Assembly (NCBI GenBank): GCA_030745875.1
Contig: JASLNT010000006.1
Location: forward strand, 10,629-74,628
Direction of reading: 5' to 3'
Length of the DNA stretch: 64,000 nucleotides
From: Phycisphaerae bacterium
GTDB lineage: Bacteria; Planctomycetota; Phycisphaerae; SM23-33
Shown here: positions 11,201 through 21,034 of the stretch, in pieces
Layout: each line of letters opens with the position of its first letter
Position numbering within the stretch: position 1 is the first letter of the stretch
Position numbers and translations under genes: made by a program
Notes under the pieces: model-generated
What the model was told of the DNA's origin: nothing
The model's input: only the letters and a program-made list of their open reading frames with translations
The model's database searches: none

Positions 11201-11716
11201 ATGAGAGTAAGGAACATTCAGTTTCGGCGCGGAATGACGTTGTTGGAGGCGTTAATGGCTTCGGCGTTGCTTTCGATGGGCGCTGCTGGTGTGTTGCTTC
11301 CGTTTAACGTTGGAGCTCAGAGCGAACTGGAAGACGCCCGCAGGACCCTTGCGCTATATCTGGGTCGAGAGCTTGTTGAGGAGATTATTTCCAAACCGTT
11401 CGACGATCCTGAAGGGGCGTTTGGGGTGGGGCCTGACGCCGGGGAAATATCCAGGCAATACTTTGACAATATCGACGACTACGACGGATACAAGGACGGC
11501 TACGAAGAGACGATAAGCGCTATCGTCGGCATGAGGAAGCAAACCATCGATGCGGTGGCGATTGAGGGGCTGCATCGCGAGGCGGTAGTCAGGTATCTCC
11601 ACGTCGCCGGGCAGGATATGGGCGATGATCCGAACTTCGTGCGAGTGGTGGTGATCATGAGATACAAAGGACAGGTGCTCCTGACTCTCAGACGACTGGT
11701 TCACTTACCTCAGTAA
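11201..11716 (+). CDS. prepilin-type minor pilin/pseudopilin (GspI-like size)
   Basis: Leader MRVRNIQFRRG then MTLLEALMASALL with Glu at +5 (class III signal peptide). Confidence 0.7.
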   Translation: MRVRNIQFRRGMTLLEALMASALLSMGAAGVLLPFNVGAQSELEDARRTLALYLGRELVEEIISKPFDDPEGAFGVGPDAGEISRQYFDNIDDYDGYKDGYEETISAIVGMRKQTIDAVAIEGLHREAVVRYLHVAGQDMGDDPNFVRVVVIMRYKGQVLLTLRRLVHLPQ

Positions 11717-11723
11717 CCGATTA

Positions 11724-12395
11724 ATGGAACGTATCATGAGTAGAAACACCAAGGGATTTACGCTTGCAGAGATGTTGACGAGCATGCTGGTCATGTCAAT
11801 TATCTCTTTGGCGGTGGTGTCTCTGACAATGTCGCTGACCACCGCGCAGGAGTACTCCGCGGACTTCTATCGTCACGTTCAGATCGCACGCAATTCACTG
11901 CGGCGCATCGAGCGAGACATAAACAAGTCGAAACTCATAACCGCAGGCAACTCGAACACGCTCGTGTATTGGCTGGAAGACGCCAACGAAAACGGGGACA
12001 TTGAGTTGACCGAGTTACGGTTGATCACAACAGACCTCGCTACAGGCAAGGTAATGCTCTGCCGCGCCGAATTCCCCGCATTCTGGCCTCCGTTGTGGAA
12101 AGACCAATGGGACAACGCGATGACAGTACCCATCGCCACGAATCTCAACAGCGCCGTCTCCTGGATCAAAAACGCGCAGTGGGCCAAACAGGTTGAACTG
12201 GCGACCGAGGTTACATCGCTTGACTTTAGCGCATCTCCCGCCATACCGACGGCCGAGCTGCTTCAGATCGAGTTGACGGTCGGCGAGGGCCCGGGCGCGG
12301 TGCAACTGCGAAGCACTGCGTCAATGCGTTCGAACAAACTATCGGATCTCTTCATGGACTTAGGACTTTATTACCTGGCGCCGCCGGAAGACTAA
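11724..12395 (+). CDS. prepilin-type minor pilin/pseudopilin (GspJ-like size)
   Basis: MSRNTKG then FTLAEMLTSMLVMSII (cleavage/methylation motif). Confidence 0.7.
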   Translation: MERIMSRNTKGFTLAEMLTSMLVMSIISLAVVSLTMSLTTAQEYSADFYRHVQIARNSLRRIERDINKSKLITAGNSNTLVYWLEDANENGDIELTELRLITTDLATGKVMLCRAEFPAFWPPLWKDQWDNAMTVPIATNLNSAVSWIKNAQWAKQVELATEVTSLDFSASPAIPTAELLQIELTVGEGPGAVQLRSTASMRSNKLSDLFMDLGLYYLAPPED

Positions 12396-13517
12396 ATGAA
12401 CACCGTAACCGTTAACAAATTGACGCCGACCAGTCGCAAAACCGCTGGTTTTGCGCTGCTCATGGTGCTCATGCTGATCGCGACCGCTTCGGTTGTGGGG
12501 ATCAGTTATATATACGGGGCGCAGGTCAAAACCGCCAGCACGGGCAACCTCATGCTTGCCTCGTCGGCGAGATATCTCGCCGAATCCGGTTTGCAGCACG
12601 GTCTTTATGCGCTTCAAACCCGCGCTACGCCTTTCGGTTCCGCTGATGCGCCCAACGGACCGTATCACGTCGAGGCCGGCGACGGAGGATACGTGTTCTA
12701 CATTGCAGCGACATCTGATCCGAGGAACTACCGGATTGTCGCCACGGGCGAGGAAGGCGAGATTTCTCAGACAGTTGCAATGACTGTCAGGCTAACCAGC
12801 CAATACGCCGAGAAGATGAACGATCTTGATCCAATGTATTGGTGGCGTTTGGGAGATTCAGGATTCGCCGCCGTGGACGAAGCGGAAAGAGAGGATGGAA
12901 CGTACGTCAATGGCGTAACGCGGGGCGTCAGCGGAGCGATTCTGGGCGACCCCGATACGGCGGCTGACTTCCGGGGAAGCAATGATTACGTTGACATCAG
13001 TAACGTAGAGAAACTGGATTGGCCCCGCGTGACGTTTGGCTGCTGGGCCCGGGCCGATGCGTGGTCCGACGCCTTTCCCAGGCTTATGGCCAGAGGTGAA
13101 AGCCAGAGCGGGTTAGACAGGCGTTGGCAAGTAAGCGTTACACATACGCGCAAATTGCGATTCGTTCTGAGGCTGAAGAACACTAATGAGATATGCACCG
13201 GGCAGACACCGCTGAGCCTGGGCGAGTGGTTCTTTGTGGTGGCTACGTTTGATAAAGATGCTAGGAAGATGGTGATCTATCTCAACGGGCGGCAGGACGG
13301 CGTTAGGAACAACACGTTGGGGGAGGATATCAAGGACGACGATGATGAACTGGATGCTTGGATCGGCGACCATCCGACCATTGCCGGGCAGGCTCAGTGG
13401 TACGGTCCGATCGACGAAGCATTCATCTTGAAAGACAAGGCGATGACTCCCGACGAGGTAAGAGAACTATTCGAAGCCAGCATACCGAGTGTGAAAGTGA
13501 TTTCGTGGGATGACTAG
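12396..13517 (+). CDS. GspK-like minor pseudopilin with C-terminal LamG/concanavalin-like domain
   Basis: N-terminal AGFALLMVLMLIATASVV without Glu+5 (GspK style); C-terminal WFFVVATFDKDARKMVIYLNGRQDG resembles LamG. Confidence 0.6.
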   Translation: MNTVTVNKLTPTSRKTAGFALLMVLMLIATASVVGISYIYGAQVKTASTGNLMLASSARYLAESGLQHGLYALQTRATPFGSADAPNGPYHVEAGDGGYVFYIAATSDPRNYRIVATGEEGEISQTVAMTVRLTSQYAEKMNDLDPMYWWRLGDSGFAAVDEAEREDGTYVNGVTRGVSGAILGDPDTAADFRGSNDYVDISNVEKLDWPRVTFGCWARADAWSDAFPRLMARGESQSGLDRRWQVSVTHTRKLRFVLRLKNTNEICTGQTPLSLGEWFFVVATFDKDARKMVIYLNGRQDGVRNNTLGEDIKDDDDELDAWIGDHPTIAGQAQWYGPIDEAFILKDKAMTPDEVRELFEASIPSVKVISWDD

Positions 13518-14028
13518 TATCGACAGGAACAATTCGATGGCGTTTGCGCCGCATCGAGCGATATCCGCTCGGGGTTTCTCGTTGGCGGAAGTGCTGATTA
13601 TGGTGTTGGTTCTCGTTGTTGCGATGGCGATAGCGGTTCCGATGCTCGGATCCACCAACTACTCGGTCGCGCGGGCCGGGGCGAGACGGTTAGCCTCGGA
13701 TCTGCAGTTCGCCCAGGACAGTGCGATTACCACGCAGAAGGATGTGACTGTAACTTTTGACGTAAACAGGGAATCGTATTGGTTGTCCAACGCAAGTGGC
13801 GTCCTGATTCATCCGATTACTAATGGTGCGTACATGGTTGACTTCAGAGCCATTAAGGAGTTGTCGCATTTGGACATTGCAAAGGTTTCCGGAGGCGCCA
13901 CAGTCGTGTTTGACACAAGCGGAGTACCGAATGTGGGAAGCACAGTGGCCTTGACTGCGGGCGACAATACGTTCTATGTTACGGTAAGTGCTGTTACAGG
14001 AACGGTTAATGTTGCAGCAGAAGAATAA
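13510..14028 (+). CDS. prepilin-type minor pilin/pseudopilin (GspH-like); real start may be the Met near 13537
   Basis: ...AISARG then FSLAEVLIMVLVLVVAMAIA cleavage motif. Confidence 0.65.
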   Translation: MTSIDRNNSMAFAPHRAISARGFSLAEVLIMVLVLVVAMAIAVPMLGSTNYSVARAGARRLASDLQFAQDSAITTQKDVTVTFDVNRESYWLSNASGVLIHPITNGAYMVDFRAIKELSHLDIAKVSGGATVVFDTSGVPNVGSTVALTAGDNTFYVTVSAVTGTVNVAAEE

Positions 14029-14076
14029 GTTCGCCCGATTTAGGGCGCGATTGATTAAGAGAGAGGCGAAAGAGCG

Positions 14077-15243
14077 ATGAAACTCTTGAGGCGAAAAGAA
14101 CAGTGTCCCATCGCGTTGGATATTGGCGCAGACAGCATCAAGATGCTTCAGCTTGATGAAGTCGACGGCGCCCTTATCGCGCGTGCATGCGGACAATGGC
14201 AGTTTCCGTCGACAGCGATCGATCCCGAGCAGAGGCGCGAAATGACCATCGGCGCTATCCGCGAAATACTCCGGAGAGGTGATTTTAAGGGACGCAGGAG
14301 CGTTTCATCCTTGTCGGGCTCCGAAGTTGACATCAAAAACGTCCGCATCGAGAAGCTCTCTGAGTCTGAGACGCTAAAGGCGTTGCAGTGGGAGGCGCAG
14401 GATCGTTTCGCGTTTGACGTGGTCCCGGATCGGCTCAAATACGTCAACTCGGGACAGGTGCGGAGCGGATCGGAAACACGCAGCGAAATTATCATGATGG
14501 CCGCTTCGGAGAAGGCCATTGACGATCACCTGAGCCTGCTGGATGCTGCGGGGCTCAGGCCCGAGCACATATACCCCGAACCGCTTGCTGTTTTCAGGAT
14601 GGCCCAGAGATCGCTAAGGCGAGAGGCCGATCGAGACACCGTCTCGGTGGTGCTGGATCTCGGAGCTCAGGCTACTCGGGTTGTAGTCGCTCGCGGACGA
14701 CAGATTGTATTCATCAAGACCATTAACATCGGAGGGCGATCCTTTGACGACGCCGTCGGCGCCCAGTTGAATCTGGAGCTTGCTGATGCGGTGGAACTGA
14801 GAGCCCGGGTTATGCAGGCCGGAGCCAAAGCGATGGGCGGGAACCGCAAGTCCGACCAGGACGAATCCGAAGAATCGCGAAACGATGTGGACTGGACTAT
14901 ACGCGACGCCGTTCGCGGTAGGGTTGAGGAACTCGCCAAGGAAATCGCCCTCCGTCTGAGGTACTGCAGCGTAACGTTCCGCGGGTTAAGACCGACCACT
15001 GTGATGATGGCGGGGGGCGAAGTGTACGATCCGGCCATCATGGAGTTATTGACTGAGAATCTTGGCGTCGAATGCAACGTATCTCAGCCTTTGCGCGGAA
15101 TAGACGTTTCGCGCGTGTCGCTGGGCATGGGCCCTCGAACGCCGATGTGCGAATGGGCTGTGGCTGCAGGTTTGGCTATGCGGGATCAGGATATTGCGCC
15201 TCACAAGAAGGAGGTCAAAGATGAACGTCGATTTTCTGCCTGA
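14077..15243 (+). CDS. pilM: type IV pilus assembly protein PilM (actin-like ATPase)
   Basis: ALDIGADSIKMLQLD N-terminus and overall PilM/FtsA-like architecture. Confidence 0.85.
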   Translation: MKLLRRKEQCPIALDIGADSIKMLQLDEVDGALIARACGQWQFPSTAIDPEQRREMTIGAIREILRRGDFKGRRSVSSLSGSEVDIKNVRIEKLSESETLKALQWEAQDRFAFDVVPDRLKYVNSGQVRSGSETRSEIIMMAASEKAIDDHLSLLDAAGLRPEHIYPEPLAVFRMAQRSLRREADRDTVSVVLDLGAQATRVVVARGRQIVFIKTINIGGRSFDDAVGAQLNLELADAVELRARVMQAGAKAMGGNRKSDQDESEESRNDVDWTIRDAVRGRVEELAKEIALRLRYCSVTFRGLRPTTVMMAGGEVYDPAIMELLTENLGVECNVSQPLRGIDVSRVSLGMGPRTPMCEWAVAAGLAMRDQDIAPHKKEVKDERRFSA

Positions 15244-15844
15244 GCGGATCATTGTCCAGCGTGCAAGGGTCGAGCGACTCTTCCGACAGGGATACCTTGT
15301 GGGAATGGTCCTCGTTACGCTTATAGGGCTGGCGTACTTCAAAGAGGACCGCATCTCAGCAGCCCAGGCTCAACTGTCGGGTCTGAACAGCCAATCGGCC
15401 AACCTGAAAATGCAGGTCGGAACGATGTACAAGCTGCAGGAGCAGTTATGCGATCTGATGATAAAGCAGCGCATAGACACGCGTCTGGGAAGCCGGATAG
15501 ACGGTATGGACATACTCGGCGAGCTCGGGCACATACTGCCCGCCACCATGACTCTTACGAGCTTGCAGCTTGACGCGATGCAGGTGGAGACGCCGCTGAA
15601 ACCTGTGGTCGGCGGGGCGGGCGCCAACCCTACGCGGGGAGCTAAGAAACGTACGAAGATCGTAAACAGGCTGAAACTGACGATAACGGGCCTGAGTCCC
15701 AACAATGTGGATGTCGCAAATTTCATAGCTGATCTGTCGGCCAGCCCTCTGTTCGAGGAAGTTGATATGGGTTACGCCAAGAACATTAAGTACCGTCAGA
15801 AGCCGGCCAAGGAGTTCCAGGCGAGTTGCTACGTGATTCGCTAG
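15221..15844 (+). CDS. pilN: PilN-like bitopic membrane protein
   Basis: MNVDFLPERI... single TM LVGMVLVTLIGLAYF then periplasmic coiled coil; overlaps pilM end. Confidence 0.7.
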   Translation: MNVDFLPERIIVQRARVERLFRQGYLVGMVLVTLIGLAYFKEDRISAAQAQLSGLNSQSANLKMQVGTMYKLQEQLCDLMIKQRIDTRLGSRIDGMDILGELGHILPATMTLTSLQLDAMQVETPLKPVVGGAGANPTRGAKKRTKIVNRLKLTITGLSPNNVDVANFIADLSASPLFEEVDMGYAKNIKYRQKPAKEFQASCYVIR

Positions 15845-15859
15845 AAGGAGTCCAAACAG

Positions 15860-16402
15860 ATGAAACTTGAAAAAGACACCTGGATAGTCATCGGAATACT
15901 CGCCGTGATGGTTGTAGGCTCGGTGGTGTTCGTTTATCGATCGCAAGGTAAGAGGCTGGCCGAGTTCGAGGCTCAGGTTGTGGCGATCGAAGCGACTGTG
16001 AAAACGCAAGCGCAGACGGTTGCGAGCTTTCCCGGACTGGTCAAACAGATCCAGTCGATGCGTGCGCGTTACAAGAACTTCGACAGGCGCCTGCCCGTTC
16101 GCCAGGAACTGGGCGGATTCCTGAAAGAACTGTCGGGCTACCTCGGTGACGAGAACTTCTCCGACCAGTTGATCGAGCCCGGAAGCCCGACGCGTGAGGA
16201 ATTGTTCCACACGCTTCCGATCATCATGCGATTCAGGGGTTGTTATCTCAAGAGCGTCGATTTCTTCAAACGAATCGGCGAGATGGAGAGGCTTACGAGA
16301 ATCCAGAAGCTCAAGATCACAAAACAGCCCACCAAAGACGACCAGGACGATCCGACACTGGATATAGAGTTGCAGTTGAACATCTACTTCACCGAAAGTT
16401 GA
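15860..16402 (+). CDS. pilO: PilO-like bitopic membrane protein
   Basis: N-terminal TM WIVIGILAVMVVGSVVFV, coiled coil, position after pilN. Confidence 0.65.
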   Translation: MKLEKDTWIVIGILAVMVVGSVVFVYRSQGKRLAEFEAQVVAIEATVKTQAQTVASFPGLVKQIQSMRARYKNFDRRLPVRQELGGFLKELSGYLGDENFSDQLIEPGSPTREELFHTLPIIMRFRGCYLKSVDFFKRIGEMERLTRIQKLKITKQPTKDDQDDPTLDIELQLNIYFTES

Positions 16403-16452
16403 CCCAACCGTTGTTCCATTACGGTTTCAGGAACCGACGGAGAAACGAAAAA

Positions 16453-17070
16453 ATGGCTAACAGAAGCAACAACATACAGATGTGGAAGAAGCGGCTGGTT
16501 GCCGAGCTTGCCCGCGACAAGAAGAAGGCGGGCATTCTGATCGTGCTGGCGATAACAGCGGTGTTCTTTGTCGGCAAATTGCTGCTGAAGGGTTCTCCCG
16601 CCGCTGCGGTTGCGATGCAGACGGCGGCTCCTGTGACCCCGCAGGCTCCGGTTGAGCCTTCGGGGATGCAGAATCCCGCCGCGCTGCCTCTGGTCGATGA
16701 AATACAGGGAATGAAGACCCCCAGGGATTCGGTGAAACGCATTACCCGCGACATTTTCATGCCGAACCCGAAGGTGTTCCCGCTCGTCGTCAAAAGCACC
16801 GGGACTGAGGCGGCCAATAAGCCTAACGTTGTCAAGGACGAGGAAGCAAAACGGACCGCGGAGCTCAAGCGCAAGACCGAAAGGATTCGCCAAGAGGGCG
16901 CAGAACTGCACCTGGAGGGAGCCATCATCGGCCGCGTGCCAATTGCGATTATCAACGGTTCCGTGCTCGGGCCAGGCGGCGTGATCAACGGGTTCCGCAT
17001 AGTCAAAATTGAATCGCAGACCTGTGTCGTAGAGAAAGAAGGAATCAAGCTGAGCTTGACTATGGAGTAA
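16453..17070 (+). CDS. PilP-like / pilus assembly accessory protein (TM, Pro-rich linker, C-terminal beta domain)
   Basis: MANRSNN... TM GILIVLAITAVFFVG, Pro/Ala linker, C-terminal RIVKIESQTCVVEKEGIKLSL; assignment by position only. Confidence 0.4.
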   Translation: MANRSNNIQMWKKRLVAELARDKKKAGILIVLAITAVFFVGKLLLKGSPAAAVAMQTAAPVTPQAPVEPSGMQNPAALPLVDEIQGMKTPRDSVKRITRDIFMPNPKVFPLVVKSTGTEAANKPNVVKDEEAKRTAELKRKTERIRQEGAELHLEGAIIGRVPIAIINGSVLGPGGVINGFRIVKIESQTCVVEKEGIKLSLTME

Positions 17071-17113
17071 TGGACTGCGCTGGTGCGCCGGTTCGATAAC
17101 TCGGGAGAATGAA

Positions 17114-18553
17114 GTGACTACCGCTAAACGATTAGGGCTGACAACGATTGCACTGGTTTCAATGGGCGCTAGCGCAGCATACTACGCCACCACCATGGCG
17201 ATGAAGGGATATGGCGTTTCGTCCAGTCTGAACTATCTGGTGCTCGCGCTGATTGCTGCACTGACAATACTGATGCTCCTTGTCTTCTGGAGAAGCGTGC
17301 ATCGGGGGATGTCGCAGGTGGCCAGGCAGCTTTGCGAAATGGCTGACACCGGTGAGATCGGGCTGGTGATGGTTCGCGGGAGCAACGAATTAACGGAAGT
17401 TACGAATCCACTGAACAAACTGCTGACGGGGATCGAGGAAGAGGTCGAATCACTCCGAAGCGAGAAACGCGAACTTCAAATACAAAGTCGGATCGCCTCG
17501 GCGGAGAAGCATCACACCGAAGCGATTATATTTTCAATCTCGGATGCGGTCATCGTGACCAACAGGTTTGACGAACTTGTTCTCGCCAATGAGGCGGCTG
17601 AGGAATTGCTGGACTTCAAGCTGAACACGTCGCTGCGCAAGAATATCGATCGAATTGTCTCAGACGGTAGTCTGGTGCGTCTTATTCGTGAAACTCGCAA
17701 TCACGGGCTCAGGTCAATACGCAAGGTCGTTGAGCACAGTATCGACAAGAACGGTGTGGCGAAAACCTTCACCGTTACGTTGAGTTGCGTTGCGGCTTCA
17801 AACGATGAGGTTTCGGGCGTGGTGGCGGTCCTGCACGACATAACTCGCGAAAAAGAAATCGCGAGAATGAAGACTGACTTCGTTTCAAATGTTTCGCACG
17901 AATTGAAAACTCCTCTTGCCTCGATCAAGGCTTATATCGAGATGCTCATCGACGGCGAGGCCGAGGATGAGCAAACCAGGTGTGAGTTCTACGATATTAT
18001 CTCCGGTGAGACCGATCGTCTGCATCGTCTCATAGAAAACATACTGAACATATCTCGCATTGAGTCCGGAGTGGTGAAGGTTGTTCGCGAACCGATCAGT
18101 CTCACCGGCGTGGTCAAACGCGTTATCGACGTTGCCTCGCCGCAGGCGAAACTCAAGAGTATTGAACTCGAAGAACGCCTCGCCCCGGTGTTCTACCAGG
18201 TCGAAGCCGACGAGGACATGATCTACCAGGCGGCGATGAACCTTGTGTCCAACGCGATAAAGTACACGCCGGAAGGTGGTAAGATAATCGTGGAAGTCTC
18301 GGTGGATGAGCGGCGCGGCGTGGCGGTGTGCGGTGTCGCAGACACCGGCGCGGGGATTCCCACGGCGGATCTACCGCATATTTTCGAGAAATTCTACCGC
18401 GTAAACGCCAACAAGAAACTCGCTAAAGGAACAGGCCTGGGACTTACGCTGGTCAAACATATTATCGAGAGCGTCCATAACGGCGAACTCTCGGTGACTT
18501 CTGAGGAAGGCCAGGGCAGCAGGTTCGGCTTTGAACTACCGGTCTTGAAGTGA
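17114..18553 (+). CDS. sensor histidine kinase (2 TM, PAS, HisKA, HATPase_c)
   Basis: FVSNVSHELKTPLASIKAYIEML H-box; GTGLGLTLVKHII G2 box. Confidence 0.85.
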   Translation: MTTAKRLGLTTIALVSMGASAAYYATTMAMKGYGVSSSLNYLVLALIAALTILMLLVFWRSVHRGMSQVARQLCEMADTGEIGLVMVRGSNELTEVTNPLNKLLTGIEEEVESLRSEKRELQIQSRIASAEKHHTEAIIFSISDAVIVTNRFDELVLANEAAEELLDFKLNTSLRKNIDRIVSDGSLVRLIRETRNHGLRSIRKVVEHSIDKNGVAKTFTVTLSCVAASNDEVSGVVAVLHDITREKEIARMKTDFVSNVSHELKTPLASIKAYIEMLIDGEAEDEQTRCEFYDIISGETDRLHRLIENILNISRIESGVVKVVREPISLTGVVKRVIDVASPQAKLKSIELEERLAPVFYQVEADEDMIYQAAMNLVSNAIKYTPEGGKIIVEVSVDERRGVAVCGVADTGAGIPTADLPHIFEKFYRVNANKKLAKGTGLGLTLVKHIIESVHNGELSVTSEEGQGSRFGFELPVLK

Positions 18554-18600
18554 TTGGATACTGTGATATTTGGACCGACACAACCTATGGGAATTGAGCA

Positions 18601-18993
18601 ATGAGTAAAAGAATTATTGTAGCAGACGACGAGGCGCACATCCTGCACGTGGTGTCAATGAAGCTGCGCAACGCAGGATACGACGTGCAGACCGCTGAAG
18701 ACGGTGAAGAGGCGCTGGAACTCTGCCAAGCCGACCCCCCTGATATGCTCATTACCGATTATCAGATGCCCTATATGAGCGGAGTGGAGCTCTGTAAAGC
18801 CCTGAGGCGGTCGGATAGCACGAAAGACATTCCCGCCATGATGCTCACCGCCAGAGGATTTGACATCGAACCTCCGGAGATGATTGAGGCGGGAATATCG
18901 GCGGTGTTGGCTAAACCGTTTTCGCCGAGAGAAGTGCTCAGCAGGGTCGTCGAGCTTGTCGGTGAGGCCCAGGATTCACCAGTTGGAGTATAG
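18601..18993 (+). CDS. single-domain CheY-like response regulator
   Basis: IIVADDE...DMLITDYQMPYMSG...LAKPF. Confidence 0.85.
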   Translation: MSKRIIVADDEAHILHVVSMKLRNAGYDVQTAEDGEEALELCQADPPDMLITDYQMPYMSGVELCKALRRSDSTKDIPAMMLTARGFDIEPPEMIEAGISAVLAKPFSPREVLSRVVELVGEAQDSPVGV

Positions 18994-18999
18994 CATCTC

Positions 19000-20664
19000 A
19001 TGGACATGATAAGAGCAACCGCATTGCGCCATACGGCAATGCTTGAGAGTATCGCCGAGAACCTCAACGTCCGCCTTGCGGACCTGGGCGTTCATCTTTC
19101 GGTGCGCGATGATGAAGGAGTAGTTGTCGGACAGTCCGACCCATGCTGCGAATTCTGCCAGGTGATCTGCAACGCCGATGAGTCATGCGATGCTGTTTGT
19201 GCGGCAACGGCTGCAAGCGTAATGGAAAACAGCGCGCCCGAATTCGCCAAATCCAAAATCGGGTGCTCGGTCATGGCGCTGCCTGTCAAGCGCCGTCGGA
19301 GAGTCATTGGTTCGGTAACGGTGTGTATGCCTGTCGATTCCATGCTCGCAGAAGAGCACTTCTCGCTGATCTGCGACCAACTGCAGTTGGACCGTGAGGC
19401 AATGGTGCGTCTCGGTCGAGAGGCCTGCGACAACGTCGGAATATCTCCTGAGCATCTTACCGGACTGCTTGAGCAGATGTTGGCCGCCGAGACTATCTGC
19501 CACACAAGTACTGAAGAGCTGGACACCCTGTCTCGCAACCTGGCGAAAACGTATGAGGAACTGTCTCTGGTCTATCGTATCAGCGGTTCCATGCAGCTTA
19601 CCCAGACCCCCGAGGGCTACTTGAAGAACGTCTGTTCGGAACTCGTTGAGGTAATGGGCGTGAGCACCGCGTTGGCGATCGTCTATCCGCATACGACGGG
19701 CTCCGAGGACCGGGATATGATCGTCGTCGCCGGGGGTTGCGGGCTGGATAACGACGACTTAGCTTTGCTGGCGTCCAAGTACATGGTCCCGCGATTCGGT
19801 CCGGAGAATCTCGGCGTTGTGGACAACCACTTTGAACACGAGGAGCACAATTGGCCCTACGGGCAGGTTCGCAGAATCGTTAGCGTCCCTCTTGTTACTG
19901 ACGGACCGCGAAGCGGGATTCTGATCGGCATAGACAAGCTCGATCGCGAATTCGACAGCTTCGACTTGAAGCTCTTGAGGTCTATCGGCAACCAGTCAGC
20001 GGTCTTCCTGGCGAACAGCCGCCTTTACGGCGACCTGGAAGGCCTGTTGATGGGCGTGTTGCACGCTCTGTCGGCAACCATTGACGCCAAAGACCCTTAC
20101 ACGTGCGGTCACTCGCGGAGAGTGGCGCTTATCTCGCGTCGCCTAGCCGAGAAGATAGGATTTGACGCCAAACGCGTTCATCGGATCTACCTTGCAGGTC
20201 TGCTGCATGATATTGGGAAGATCGGAGTGCCCGAGGCGGTGCTCTGCAAGGCCGGAAAACTCACCGAAGACGAGTACGCTCAGATGAAGAACCATCCGCG
20301 TCTCGGAGCGAAGATCCTGGGCGGTATTCGCCAGCTCGACGACGTTATTCCGGGCATTCTCTGTCACCACGAGCGCCTCGACGGTAAGGGTTATCCAAAC
20401 GGACTGAACAGCGGGGAGCTGTCTATGGACTCCCTGATAGTCGGGATCGCCGACAGTTTTGACGCGATGACCTCTGATCGAACCTACAGAAAGGCCTTGC
20501 CCGTGGACGTTGTTCGCAAGGAAATAGAAGACAACGCCGGTCTGCAATTCGCTCCTTCGCTTGTGGCTGAGATGCTGTCGTGGGATCTCCAGGCCCTGCT
20601 CGACGAACTGCACAAGCCCGCCGAGACGGTCGTACTATCCCACGATCCGGGGAGTACGACATGA
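19000..20664 (+). CDS. HD-GYP c-di-GMP phosphodiesterase with N-terminal Cys-rich region and GAF-like domain
   Basis: HSRRVA...LLHDIGKIGVP...HHERLDGKGYPNGL (HD-GYP signature). Confidence 0.85.
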   Translation: MDMIRATALRHTAMLESIAENLNVRLADLGVHLSVRDDEGVVVGQSDPCCEFCQVICNADESCDAVCAATAASVMENSAPEFAKSKIGCSVMALPVKRRRRVIGSVTVCMPVDSMLAEEHFSLICDQLQLDREAMVRLGREACDNVGISPEHLTGLLEQMLAAETICHTSTEELDTLSRNLAKTYEELSLVYRISGSMQLTQTPEGYLKNVCSELVEVMGVSTALAIVYPHTTGSEDRDMIVVAGGCGLDNDDLALLASKYMVPRFGPENLGVVDNHFEHEEHNWPYGQVRRIVSVPLVTDGPRSGILIGIDKLDREFDSFDLKLLRSIGNQSAVFLANSRLYGDLEGLLMGVLHALSATIDAKDPYTCGHSRRVALISRRLAEKIGFDAKRVHRIYLAGLLHDIGKIGVPEAVLCKAGKLTEDEYAQMKNHPRLGAKILGGIRQLDDVIPGILCHHERLDGKGYPNGLNSGELSMDSLIVGIADSFDAMTSDRTYRKALPVDVVRKEIEDNAGLQFAPSLVAEMLSWDLQALLDELHKPAETVVLSHDPGSTT

Positions 20665-21008
20665 CAACGAGCATACCGGTTGAAGACTACGGACATGCGG
20701 TGATCCTTAAGCCCAAAGGCGAACTAACTGAGGATACGCTCGGGGCTTTCAGGGAAGTTGTGGAGCATCAGCTTGAAGACGACGCGGTTGTCGATGTCAT
20801 AATTGACATGGATGAGATCACGTTTGTCGACTCGATCGTGCTGGAGTATCTGTTGGACCTGCAGGATTCTCTGCAAGAGAAGTTCGGACAGGTGCGGTTG
20901 GCGCGATGCGATGAGAATATCGCCAAGATCATGGAGATGACGCGCCTGGACCGAGTGTTTGAAATGTTCAAGGAAACAAATGACGCCGTTAGAGTACCCG
21001 GCGCGTAA
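20661..21008 (+). CDS. STAS-domain anti-sigma-factor antagonist-like protein
   Basis: ATG overlaps the HD-GYP TGA (ATGA); AVILKPKGELTED...ITFVDSIVLEYLLDLQ typical SpoIIAA/STAS. Confidence 0.75.
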   Translation: MTTSIPVEDYGHAVILKPKGELTEDTLGAFREVVEHQLEDDAVVDVIIDMDEITFVDSIVLEYLLDLQDSLQEKFGQVRLARCDENIAKIMEMTRLDRVFEMFKETNDAVRVPGA

Positions 21009-21034
21009 GTAGACCAAAGAGAGGCAGCCGTACA

